Origin: Gaiellales bacterium
GTDB taxonomy: Bacteria > Actinomycetota > Thermoleophilia > Gaiellales > JAICJC01
Length of the DNA stretch: 64,000 bases
Assembly (NCBI GenBank): GCA_038212095.1
Contig: JBBQUW010000003.1
Coordinates: forward strand, 15,927-79,926
Direction: 5' to 3'
The notes under the pieces were generated by a model, which was not told the DNA's origin, did no database searches, and worked only from the letters and a program-made list of their open reading frames with translations. Positions 20,595 to 28,737 of the stretch are shown one piece after another (the stretch's first letter is position 1; each line of letters begins with the position of its first letter). The position numbers and the translations under genes were made by a program.

Positions 20595-21358
20595 GCGCGA
20601 TCGCCGCCACGCTGCGAGCCGCGGTCGCCGACGGCATCGCCAACCGGGGCTCGTTCTGGTTCCAGGTCTCGCTGATGATCGCAAACGACGTCACCTGGGT
20701 GCTGTTCTGGCTGCTGTTCTTCAACCGGGTGGGGCACGTGCGCGGCTGGTCGGCGCACGACGTGATCGTGCTGTTCTCGATCTTGCTGACCTGCGCCGGA
20801 TGTGCGCTGGGCATCTTCTCGAACAGCCGTCGCATCGGGCACCTGGCCGCGGACGGGGCGCTGGACGAGACGCTGGCGCTGCCCGTCTCGCCGCTGCCGT
20901 TCCTGCTGGCGCGGCGGATCGACGCGGCGAACGTGGGCGACCTGCTGTTTGGGCCGCTGCTGTTCGCGGTCGCCGGGCACCCCACGCTGGAGCGCACGAC
21001 GCTGTTCGTGGTGGGTTCGCTGGCCGGGTCGGTGGTTCTGGTGGGATTCCTGGTCGCGTGCGGGGCGTTGACGCTGTTCGTCGGCGGACGCGGCGAGCAG
21101 GCCGACCTGGGTTTCAACGCGATCCTGATCTTCGCTAGCTACCCGCTCGACCTGTTCGGCGGGGCGACCAAGGTGCTGCTGTTCACCGCGATTCCGGCCG
21201 CGTTCGTGACCGGCATCCCGGCCCGCCTGGTGCGAAGCTTCGACCTACCCAGCGCGATCCTGTTGGTGGCGATGGCTGCGCTGTTCGCGCTGATGGGTTG
21301 GGGGCTGTTCCATCTGGGCCTACGACGGTACAGCTCGGGGTCGATCTGGGCCCGGTAG
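20591..21358 (+). CDS. ABC-2 family permease (DUF990-like), second subunit
   Basis: Internal ATG at 20591 forms an ATGA overlap. Polytopic, with SFWFQVSLMIANDVTWVLFWLLFF. Confidence 0.8.
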   Translation: MSAIAATLRAAVADGIANRGSFWFQVSLMIANDVTWVLFWLLFFNRVGHVRGWSAHDVIVLFSILLTCAGCALGIFSNSRRIGHLAADGALDETLALPVSPLPFLLARRIDAANVGDLLFGPLLFAVAGHPTLERTTLFVVGSLAGSVVLVGFLVACGALTLFVGGRGEQADLGFNAILIFASYPLDLFGGATKVLLFTAIPAAFVTGIPARLVRSFDLPSAILLVAMAALFALMGWGLFHLGLRRYSSGSIWAR

Positions 21359-21390
21359 CGGGCAGGCGGCGCGCCACGACACGCGCGGCG

Positions 21391-22038
21391 GTGGCCGTCG
21401 GCGCCGCCACCGGAGCCTACGCGGTCTCGTTCGGCGTTCTCTCGGTTGCCGCCAGGCTGAGCGTCGCGCAGACCTGCGTGATGTCTCTGCTGGTGTTCAC
21501 CGGCGCATCCCAGTTTGCAGCGATCGGCGTGATCGGCGCAGGTGGATCGGCGGCGGCCGCGCTCGCCCCGGCGCTGCTGCTGGCGGCGCGAAACGGCGTC
21601 TACGGACTCTCGCTGGTCTCGGTGCTACGCGGCCGACTGGCGCTGCGCGCGCTGCAGTCGCAGCTGGTGATCGACGAGTCGACCGCGATGGCGCGGGCAC
21701 AGGCAACGCCCGAGGCAGCCAAGCACGCCTTCCTGGCAACAGGCATCAGCGTGTTCGTGTTCTGGAACCTGGGCACGCTGCTCGGGGCGCTCGTGGGCAG
21801 CGGCATCGGCGATCCCCGCTCGCTGGGGCTCGACGCGATGTTTCCCGCCGCATTCTTTGCGCTGCTGGTGCCCCAGCTGCGCCGCCCGGGCGCAGCGGTG
21901 GCGGCGGTGGGGGGCGCGCTGATCGCCGTTGCGCTGGTGCCGCTGGTGCCGTCCGGCGTCCCGCTGCTGGCGGCCACCCTGGCCGTGATCCCGGCGGCGA
22001 TGACGGCCCGCAGCCGCACCGGCGAGGGCGACGCGTGA
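21391..22038 (+). CDS. azlC: AzlC-family branched-chain amino acid exporter subunit
   Basis: SLLVFTGASQFAAIG is the AzlC signature. The start is uncertain. GTG 21391 is chosen because TTG 21298 would overlap the previous gene by 61 nt. Confidence 0.8.
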   Translation: MAVGAATGAYAVSFGVLSVAARLSVAQTCVMSLLVFTGASQFAAIGVIGAGGSAAAALAPALLLAARNGVYGLSLVSVLRGRLALRALQSQLVIDESTAMARAQATPEAAKHAFLATGISVFVFWNLGTLLGALVGSGIGDPRSLGLDAMFPAAFFALLVPQLRRPGAAVAAVGGALIAVALVPLVPSGVPLLAATLAVIPAAMTARSRTGEGDA

Positions 22039-22334
22039 GCTGGCTGGCGATTCTGACGCTCGCCGCCGCCACGTACGCGATGAAGGCGATCGGCCCGGTC
22101 GTGATCGGGCGCCGGCCGCTGCCGCCGCGAGTCGTACAGACCTTGGAGCTGCTCAGCATCCCGCTGCTGGCTGCGTTGGTGGCGGTGCAGACGCTGAACA
22201 GCGGCGGAGAGCTGGTGCTGGACGCGCGGGTGCCGGCCGTGGCCGTCGCCGCGCTGCTGGTCTGGCGGCGGGCGCCGTTCCTGGTGATCGTGCTGGCAGC
22301 CGCCGGCACCGCCGCGCTGGTGCGCGCCCTCTGA
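22035..22334 (+). CDS. azlD: AzlD-family branched-chain amino acid transport protein
   Basis: 99 aa and hydrophobic. GTGA overlap with azlC, which is the conserved pairing. Confidence 0.8.
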   Translation: MSWLAILTLAAATYAMKAIGPVVIGRRPLPPRVVQTLELLSIPLLAALVAVQTLNSGGELVLDARVPAVAVAALLVWRRAPFLVIVLAAAGTAALVRAL

Positions 22335-22364
22335 CCGCCGTCACCCGATCACAGCCCTGCAGAG

Positions 22365-22379
22365 CGCCCCGACGGGGCG
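22365..22379. terminator. GC hairpin CGCCCC-gac-GGGGCG between convergent azlD and the IMPase gene
   Basis: The palindrome was read directly from the sequence. There is no T-tract, which is common in high-GC genomes. Confidence 0.35.
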
Positions 22380-22383
22380 AGGC

Positions 22384-23199
22384 TCACCCGGCCGGCCACA
22401 ACAGGTCGGCCAACCGGCCCGTCCACTCCTCGTCGCGCGCCGCCACGACGCGGGTGCGAGCCGTCAGGTCGAGCGGCAGCGCCGCCACATCAGGCGTCAG
22501 CACATGGCCGCCGGCCTCGCGCACCATCAGCGCCGCCGCCGCCAGGTCGACCGACCGCGACGGCTTCAGCGATGCCACCGCGTCCAACCGACCGTCCGCC
22601 AGCTGGCACATCGCGAGCGCCAGCGCACCCAGCACGCGGATCCGGCCCACGTGTCCGTCCAGCCGGGCCGCAGCCTCGGCGATCAGCCCGGCATTGGTCG
22701 CCTCGAAGTCGACGATCCCCAGCCGCGCCTTTGGCCGCACGCCGCCCAACGGCCGGCCATTGACTGTCGCTCCCTCGCCCGACCGGGCCACCCACTCCTC
22801 GCCGCTTCCCAGATCGAGCACGTAGCCGAATCGCACGTCGTCCAGGGTCGGGCCGTCAGCGAACGCGATCGAGATGCAGTAGAACGGCAGGCAGCGCTTC
22901 GCGTTCAGCGATCCGTCGATCGGATCGACCACCACCACCCACGGGCTCTCTGCATCGCCGAACCTGCGCTCACCCAGCTCCTCCGACACCAGCCGGAACG
23001 AGACTCCCCGCCCGGCCAGCTCGTCCAGCCGCGCCACCGCGAGCTTCTCGGCACGATCGTCGATCACCGTCGTGTCGTCACCACCGACGCCCCGACCCAC
23101 AACCGGCTCGCGGTCGTCGCGCGTGGGAAGCTGCTCCAACATCGTCCGCACGTCGTCGGCCACCGTGCGGCAGAACTCCAGCCAGGCGGCCGGCCTCAC
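22384..23199 (-). CDS. Inositol monophosphatase / fructose-1,6-bisphosphatase family protein
   Basis: SEELGE...WVVVVDPIDGSLN and the downstream motifs are typical of the IMPase fold. Confidence 0.85.
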   Translation of the reverse strand: MRPAAWLEFCRTVADDVRTMLEQLPTRDDREPVVGRGVGGDDTTVIDDRAEKLAVARLDELAGRGVSFRLVSEELGERRFGDAESPWVVVVDPIDGSLNAKRCLPFYCISIAFADGPTLDDVRFGYVLDLGSGEEWVARSGEGATVNGRPLGGVRPKARLGIVDFEATNAGLIAEAAARLDGHVGRIRVLGALALAMCQLADGRLDAVASLKPSRSVDLAAAALMVREAGGHVLTPDVAALPLDLTARTRVVAARDEEWTGRLADLLWPAG

Positions 23200-24488
23200 T
23201 CGGCGCCGAGTGGGTTGATCAGGAAGCCCGTCGCCAGCTTGGGGAAGAAGTAGGTCGACTTCTGCGGCATCACCCGGCCGCTGGCCGCGACCGCCTGCAC
23301 CTGCTCGACCGTCGGCGCTCGCAGCAGGAAGGCGCTGCCCGCCTCGCCACGGTCGACCATCGAGGTCGCGGCGTCCAGGCCGCGCACGTACAGCACCTGG
23401 TCGGTGGTCAGGAACTGCTCGGCGTCAAGACCCAGCAGCGGCGCCAGCACGAGCGCCTCCAGCACCGCTGCATCGATCGCCCGCACCGCCTTGGGCATGC
23501 CCGGCATCGCCATCATCACCGTGCTCGAGTCGCGCACGCGGGCGAGCTGGGGCGCACGATCGCCGCCGTGCCAGATCGCGAACGCGACCGTCTCGATCGG
23601 GATCCTGGCCAGCTCAGCCTCGACCTGGCCCGGTGAGCTTCCCGGTGGCAGCTGGTCGAGGTGGAAGGCCGCCAGGAACCGGGCGTCGACAACGCGAACG
23701 GCGCGCACGACGCGGTGTGTGGGATAGATCGCGAGCCCCTCGCCATGCAGGTTTGCGAGGTACATCAGGATGAAGTCGTATGGCCGATCGCCGTCAGGAT
23801 CGCCGTCCCGCTCGCGCTGCTCGGCGCGGTAGCTGAGCGCCGTCTCGTAGCGATGGTGCCCGTCGGCGATCAGGATCTCGCGCTCGGCCAGCGCCGCCTG
23901 CGCGGCGGCGATCGCATCCGGTGACGTGACGCGCCAGAAGCGGTGCACGGTGCCGTCACCGTCAGTCGCCTCCATCTCGGCCGGGCGGCCGGGATCGGGC
24001 GCCAGCGCCGCCCGCGGGCCGCCGCCGGGATCGTCGTAGAGGCCGAAGATCGGCGAGGTGTTGGCGCGCGTCGCGCGCATCAGCTCGAGCCGGGTCTGCT
24101 TGGCGTGCGCATGCGTGCGCTCGTGCGGCCGGACGCGACCCTCCTCGTACGGCGAGAGCCGCACCGCAGCGAAGAACCCCGCACGCGTGCGATCGACGCC
24201 GTCCGGGCCGGTGAAGCGCTGCTCGTGCCACCACAACGCCGGCTCGGTGTCGCGTACCAGGACGCCGTCACGCACCCACTCGTGCAGCAGCTGGGCGGCT
24301 GCGCCGGCCGCGTCCGGCAGCTCGAGCCGCACCACGCCATGGTCGCTGCGTCGCAGGAGCGCATCGCGATCGGCGGGCGAGATGACGTCGTAGGGCGGGC
24401 AGATCACGTCGCTCAGCGCGAACCGCGAACCGTCATAGCGCAGCGCGCGCAGGGGCTCGAGGGCTGTACGAGTGCTGGTCGGGGCCAC
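23196..24488 (-). CDS. DUF1015-family protein
   Basis: LRALRYD...VICPPYDVIS is a DUF1015 N-terminal signature. GTG 24488 is preferred over ATG 24542. The intervening codons (att aga ctg cta) are atypical for this genome, and ATG 24542 would leave only 13 bp to the divergent gene. Confidence 0.75.
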   Translation of the reverse strand: MAPTSTRTALEPLRALRYDGSRFALSDVICPPYDVISPADRDALLRRSDHGVVRLELPDAAGAAAQLLHEWVRDGVLVRDTEPALWWHEQRFTGPDGVDRTRAGFFAAVRLSPYEEGRVRPHERTHAHAKQTRLELMRATRANTSPIFGLYDDPGGGPRAALAPDPGRPAEMEATDGDGTVHRFWRVTSPDAIAAAQAALAEREILIADGHHRYETALSYRAEQRERDGDPDGDRPYDFILMYLANLHGEGLAIYPTHRVVRAVRVVDARFLAAFHLDQLPPGSSPGQVEAELARIPIETVAFAIWHGGDRAPQLARVRDSSTVMMAMPGMPKAVRAIDAAVLEALVLAPLLGLDAEQFLTTDQVLYVRGLDAATSMVDRGEAGSAFLLRAPTVEQVQAVAASGRVMPQKSTYFFPKLATGFLINPLGAE

Positions 24489-24555
24489 GAATAGCAGTCT
24501 AATGGACTCCTCCACGGCCACCGCCCCACGACCGCCTTCCAATAGACTGCCCGCG

Positions 24556-25401
24556 ATGGCCGAAGGTACCTACGTCTCGGAGCTGGAGGAGGGTGCGCTG
24601 GTCGAGGCCACCTTCGCTGTCCAGCGCAAGCGGCAGCGCCGCACGCGCAGCGGCGACCCCTTCCTCTCGCTGGAGCTGGCCGATCGCACCGGGCGGGTTC
24701 CGGCCGTGGTATGGAACGACGTCAACCTGCTGGCCGCCCGGTTCGACGAGGGCGATACGGTGCGGGTGCTGGGCCGCGTGGAGAGCTACGACGGCCGCGC
24801 TCAGATCGCGATCCGCGACCTCAAGAAGCTCGCGCCCGGGGACGCGCTGGAGCTGGTGCCGGGCGCGCGCCGAGACGCCGAGACGTTGGACGGCATGCTG
24901 GAGTTCTTGGCCGGCGAGATCCATGACCCTGGACTGTCGGAGCTCGTGAACCGCTTCCTCGCAAACCCACGCTTCCGCGAGCGGTTGCGCACGGCCCCCG
25001 CCTCCGAGACGCACCATGACTACGCCGGTGGTCTGCTGGAGCACACCGTGGCGGTGGCGGCCCTGTGCCGCGAGGCGGCGCAGCTGCACCCGCGCCTGAA
25101 CGGCGACCTGCTGCTGGCGGCTGCGCTGCTGCATGATGTCGGCCGCACCGAGACGTTCCGGCCCGGCGTGACGATCTCGATCTCGGACGAGGGAAAGCTG
25201 ATCGGCCACGTGCTGGCCGGCGTGCGCATGATCGACGGCGCGGCCCGCGAGACCGGTCTCGCGGAGGCGGGGCTGCTGCCGCTGCTGAACGTGGTGGCCG
25301 GCCACCACGGGCCACTCGAGGGGCGACGCCTGGAGACGCCGGAGGCCGTCTGCCTGTATCACGCAAACCAACTCGACGCCCGCGTCGGTGAGGCGCTGTA
25401 G
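24556..25401 (+). CDS. OB-fold plus HD-domain protein (YhaM-like 3'-5' exoribonuclease family)
   Basis: Internal ATG at 24556. The N-terminal OB-fold segment is LELADRTGRVPAVVWND. The HD domain shows HHDYAGGLLEHT...ALLHDVGR. Confidence 0.8.
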   Translation: MAEGTYVSELEEGALVEATFAVQRKRQRRTRSGDPFLSLELADRTGRVPAVVWNDVNLLAARFDEGDTVRVLGRVESYDGRAQIAIRDLKKLAPGDALELVPGARRDAETLDGMLEFLAGEIHDPGLSELVNRFLANPRFRERLRTAPASETHHDYAGGLLEHTVAVAALCREAAQLHPRLNGDLLLAAALLHDVGRTETFRPGVTISISDEGKLIGHVLAGVRMIDGAARETGLAEAGLLPLLNVVAGHHGPLEGRRLETPEAVCLYHANQLDARVGEAL

Positions 25402-25413
25402 GCGGGAGCGACG

Positions 25414-26010
25414 GTGTTCGAGTACTACGATCGGCGCGCGAACGAGTACGACCATAGGTACATGGGCACCGGTCTGTTTGCCGATCGCCAGCGGCCGGAG
25501 TGGCACGACGAGCGCGACGCGCTGTGCGCGCTGGTGGCGGCGCTGCCGATCGAGGCAACGCTCGACGTCGCATGCGGCACGGGGTTCCTGACGCAGCACC
25601 TGCGCGGCTCGGTGACCGGGCTCGACCAGAGCGAACGGATGCTTGCAATCGCCCGCGCGCGACGCCCGGACGCCACGTTCGTGACCGGCGACGGGCTGGC
25701 ACTGCCGTTCGCCGACGGCGCCTTCGACCGCGTGCTGAGCGGACACTTCTACGGCCACCTCGGTGCGACCGACCGTACCCGCTTCCTCCAGGAGGCGGGC
25801 CGGATGGCACCCCAGCTGGTCGTGATCGACTCGCACATCCAGCCCGGCCACGAGGCCGAGGAGTGGCAGCAGAGGGTGCTGAGCGATGGATCGCAGCACG
25901 AGGTCTACAAGCGCTACTTCACCGGCCGTGATCTGGCCGCCGAGCTGGGCGGCGAGGTGCTCCTGGACGGGGACTGGTTCGTCGCCGTCCAAAGGGGGCT
26001 CGCCGCATGA
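25414..26010 (+). CDS. Class I SAM-dependent methyltransferase
   Basis: LDVACGTGFLTQHL is motif I and LPFADGAFDRVL is the post-I/II region. Confidence 0.85.
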   Translation: MFEYYDRRANEYDHRYMGTGLFADRQRPEWHDERDALCALVAALPIEATLDVACGTGFLTQHLRGSVTGLDQSERMLAIARARRPDATFVTGDGLALPFADGAFDRVLSGHFYGHLGATDRTRFLQEAGRMAPQLVVIDSHIQPGHEAEEWQQRVLSDGSQHEVYKRYFTGRDLAAELGGEVLLDGDWFVAVQRGLAA

Positions 26011-26180
26011 CAATAAAGCTCCATCGCTGCAAAGGCACCTTCATCCGGCACGTTTCTGCACGGGTCGAATGTGATCGCCGAGCGGGCGGCCGCCGGCACG
26101 CTGCGCCCCGCCGGCTGATCTGAGCCTCAGCGCCCGCCGAACAACCGAGAAAGCCCCTCGTCGCGGCCGTCCGGCGTACG

Positions 26181-27224
26181 CTACACGTTGAACCGCACGT
26201 TCAGGACGTCGCCGTCCTGCACAACGTAGTCGCGGCCCTCGACCCGCATCCAGCCCCTCCGTTTGGCCTCCGCCTCGCTACCGGCCTCGACCAGGCGCTG
26301 GCACTCGATCACCTCTGCGCGGATGAAGCCGCGGGCGATGTCGGTGTGGATCTTGCCGGCCGACTCCTGTGCGTTCTGCCCGCGGCGGATCGTCCAGGCC
26401 CGGGTCTCCTTCTCGCCGGAGGTGAAGAAGGGGATCAGATCAAGCGCGGCGTAGGCCGCCAGGCTGACCTGGTCGAGCGCCGCAAGTTCGATACCAAGGT
26501 CGTCCAGGAAGGCCTGCCGGTCGGCACTATCCAGCTCCGCGATCTCGGCCTCCAGCTTGGCGTTGAGGGCGATCGTCTCGATGCCGCGCTCACGGCCGAA
26601 CGCCCGTAGTCGCTCGACGGCCTCGACGTTGCCAGACTCGTCGACGTTGGCGACGTAGAGCGCCGGCTTGGCGGTCAGCAGGTCGAGCGTGTCGGGCAGC
26701 GGCTCGCCCAGCGCCCGTGCCGGTCGACCCTGCTCCAGCGCCTCGGCCAGCCGCTCCAGCAGCTCGCGCTCGGCAGCGGCCGCCTTGTCCCCCGACTTTG
26801 CGGTCTTGACGATCCGTTGCAGCCGCCGCTCGACCACGGCGTGGTCGGCGAACACCAGCTCCAGCTCCACCGTCTCGGCATCGTCGACGGGATCGACGCG
26901 GCCCTCGGGGTGGGCCACCAGATCGTCCTGGAAACAGCGCAACACAAGCAGCAGCGCGTCCGTGGTGCGCATATGGGCGAGCAGCTCGTTGCCGAGCCCC
27001 TCGCCCCGCTTCGCACCTCGCACCAGCTTCGTCAGGTCGGCCACCTCCAGCGTCGCCGCCACCACCTTGCGCGAGCTGGAGACGTGCGCGAGCTGGGCCA
27101 GCCGCGGGTCGCGCACGTCGGCGACGCCCTGCCCGGCGTCGGCCGCGACGGAGCTGCCGCAGAGGCAGCGCAGCGTGGTTGTAACACCCGACCAGGGCAG
27201 CCCCAGCATCCCCAACACCGGCAC
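26181..27224 (-). CDS. ychF: YchF/OLA1-family ribosome-binding ATPase homolog with degenerate G1-G3 motifs
   Basis: GEGLGNELL, YVANVDE, TSGEKETRAWTI, GKIHTDIARGFIRAEV and a C-terminal DGDVLNVRFNV are all present. The GTG at 27224 overlaps the TAG of the PAP2 gene. The P-loop reads GLPWSGVTTTL instead of GLPNVGKST. Confidence 0.85.
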   Translation of the reverse strand: MPVLGMLGLPWSGVTTTLRCLCGSSVAADAGQGVADVRDPRLAQLAHVSSSRKVVAATLEVADLTKLVRGAKRGEGLGNELLAHMRTTDALLLVLRCFQDDLVAHPEGRVDPVDDAETVELELVFADHAVVERRLQRIVKTAKSGDKAAAAERELLERLAEALEQGRPARALGEPLPDTLDLLTAKPALYVANVDESGNVEAVERLRAFGRERGIETIALNAKLEAEIAELDSADRQAFLDDLGIELAALDQVSLAAYAALDLIPFFTSGEKETRAWTIRRGQNAQESAGKIHTDIARGFIRAEVIECQRLVEAGSEAEAKRRGWMRVEGRDYVVQDGDVLNVRFNV

Positions 27225-27619
27225 TACGTCACCGCCACGGCGAGGCCGCCGGCCACGGCACCGAGCGCCACGCCCGCCACCACGTCGCCGGCGTGGTGCG
27301 CGCCGACGTACAGGCGCGAGAGAGACATGGCGATCGCCAGTCCGGCCCACACCGGGGCCAGCTGGGGGCGGGCCTGGATGAGCACGATCGCCGCCGCCGC
27401 GGACATCGCGGCATGGCTGGACGGAAACGAGCTTGACGATGGCAGCCGGATCATCGCGTCGGCCGCCGCCGGCCGCTCGCGGCCGACCGTCGACTTGACC
27501 GCGTAGTTGGCAGCCAGGGTGCCCCATACCGTGGCCGCGGTGCGCAGCGGCCGGGGTTGTGTCAGCCCCAGGGCGACCCAGCCCAGACCGTGGTTGCCGG
27601 TGGTGGTGTATGCCACCAC
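27224..27619 (-). CDS. PAP2-superfamily phosphatase (membrane)
   Basis: The three PAP2 motifs are present: KSTVGRERP, FPSSHA and SRLYVGAHHAGD. The N-terminus is uncertain. GTG 27619 is chosen because ATG 27787 would overlap the upstream small gene by 139 nt. Confidence 0.75.
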   Translation of the reverse strand: MVAYTTTGNHGLGWVALGLTQPRPLRTAATVWGTLAANYAVKSTVGRERPAAADAMIRLPSSSSFPSSHAAMSAAAAIVLIQARPQLAPVWAGLAIAMSLSRLYVGAHHAGDVVAGVALGAVAGGLAVAVT

Positions 27620-27648
27620 CAGGCGGTCGAGCGCGGTTCTGGGGGCGG

Positions 27649-27858
27649 TCAGAATCCGACCTTGCCGACGTGCATCTCCCGACGCACGTAACAGATCTTG
27701 GCCACGTCGACGTGGTGGCTGGTGTCCTCGGCCTCGAACGCCACCATGCCGCTGCCCGCGGCCAGCGCGGTCTCCACCTTGCTCCACTCCTGGTCGCTGA
27801 CCTTCGCGCTGATGATCAGCCCGCCGTCGAACCCGATCTCGACCCGCGACTCAGACAT
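27649..27858 (-). CDS. Small soluble protein, DUF3107-like
   Basis: 69 aa with G/C-ending codons. The pattern VEIG...EW..VE.AL....G...F.....H.VDV.KI.YV......VGF resembles actinobacterial DUF3107 proteins, judged from memory. Confidence 0.55.
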   Translation of the reverse strand: MSESRVEIGFDGGLIISAKVSDQEWSKVETALAAGSGMVAFEAEDTSHHVDVAKICYVRREMHVGKVGF

Positions 27859-28276
27859 GCTTGCTCCGTTCGTGAGGTAGTTGCACCAGCTCGACCAGCA
27901 CGCCGTCGACGCTGTGCGGATGGATGAATGCCACCTTCAGCCCGAACAGACCCAGCCGCGCCGTCTGGTCGATCAGCTCGGCACCAGCATGGCCGGCATC
28001 CGAGAGGGCCAGGTCGATATCGTCGACCTGCAGCGCGACGTGATGCATGCCGGGGCCGCGCCGGTCCAGGAAGCGTCCCACCGGCGTGTCAGCCGCCAAC
28101 GGGCGCATCAGCTCGATGCGGTCATCGCCAAGCAGCATCGTAGCCGCCTCGACACCCTGGCCGAGCACCGTCTCGCGATGTTCGAGCCTGCCGCCGAACA
28201 GCGTTTGGTACGTCGCGATGGCCGCGTCGAGGTCGGCGACCGCATGCCCGATATGATGAACGTTCAACGCACGCAT
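27851..28276 (-). CDS. Methylmalonyl-CoA epimerase (VOC/glyoxalase fold)
   Basis: LNVHHIGHAVADLDAAIATY...GPGMHHVALQVDDI...VAFIHP is a typical MCE layout. Confidence 0.8.
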   Translation of the reverse strand: MRALNVHHIGHAVADLDAAIATYQTLFGGRLEHRETVLGQGVEAATMLLGDDRIELMRPLAADTPVGRFLDRRGPGMHHVALQVDDIDLALSDAGHAGAELIDQTARLGLFGLKVAFIHPHSVDGVLVELVQLPHERSKHV

Positions 28277-28328
28277 CCGGACAGGATCCTAGTGCGAGGG
28301 TCAGCACCACGAGACACGAACAGGGGGA

Positions 28329-28706
28329 ATGACGATGGGGTTTCTGGACAAGATCAAGCAGCAGGCGACAGATGTCGCCAGCACGGTGGTCGAGAAGACG
28401 CAGGAGACGGCCAAGACGGGACAGCTGCAGATGCAGCTGCGTAGCCTCAAGAGCGAGGAGAAGGAGGCACTGGCCGATCTGGGCGTAGCGCTGATGGCGC
28501 TCGGTGACGTTCCGGCCGCGCTCAGCGACCAGGCCGGCGCTGTGCGCAGCGCACGTGAGCGGATCGCGGCAAAGGAGGCCGAGATCGCTGATGTTCGCGA
28601 GAGCGACGACGCGCCGATGGGCGGCTCGGCCGAGACCGTCGAGAGCGATGCCGAGGAGGTCGTCGAGGCGCCGCAGTCGAGCGGCGAGGACGAGCCCACG
28701 GCCTAG
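28329..28706 (+). CDS. Hypothetical coiled-coil protein with an acidic tail
   Basis: 125 aa. A GGGGAATG context precedes the ATG. I recognise no family. Confidence 0.55.
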   Translation: MTMGFLDKIKQQATDVASTVVEKTQETAKTGQLQMQLRSLKSEEKEALADLGVALMALGDVPAALSDQAGAVRSARERIAAKEAEIADVRESDDAPMGGSAETVESDAEEVVEAPQSSGEDEPTA

Positions 28707-28737
28707 AGGCTCCTTACGCCGGGGGCACGTGCGCGGG

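Noticed and set aside
27620-27787. N-terminal extension of the PAP2 ORF back to ATG 27787.
   Set aside because: It would overlap the well-formed 69-codon DUF3107-like gene (27649..27858) by 139 nt on the same strand. The extension is Arg/Gly-rich with no TM helix.
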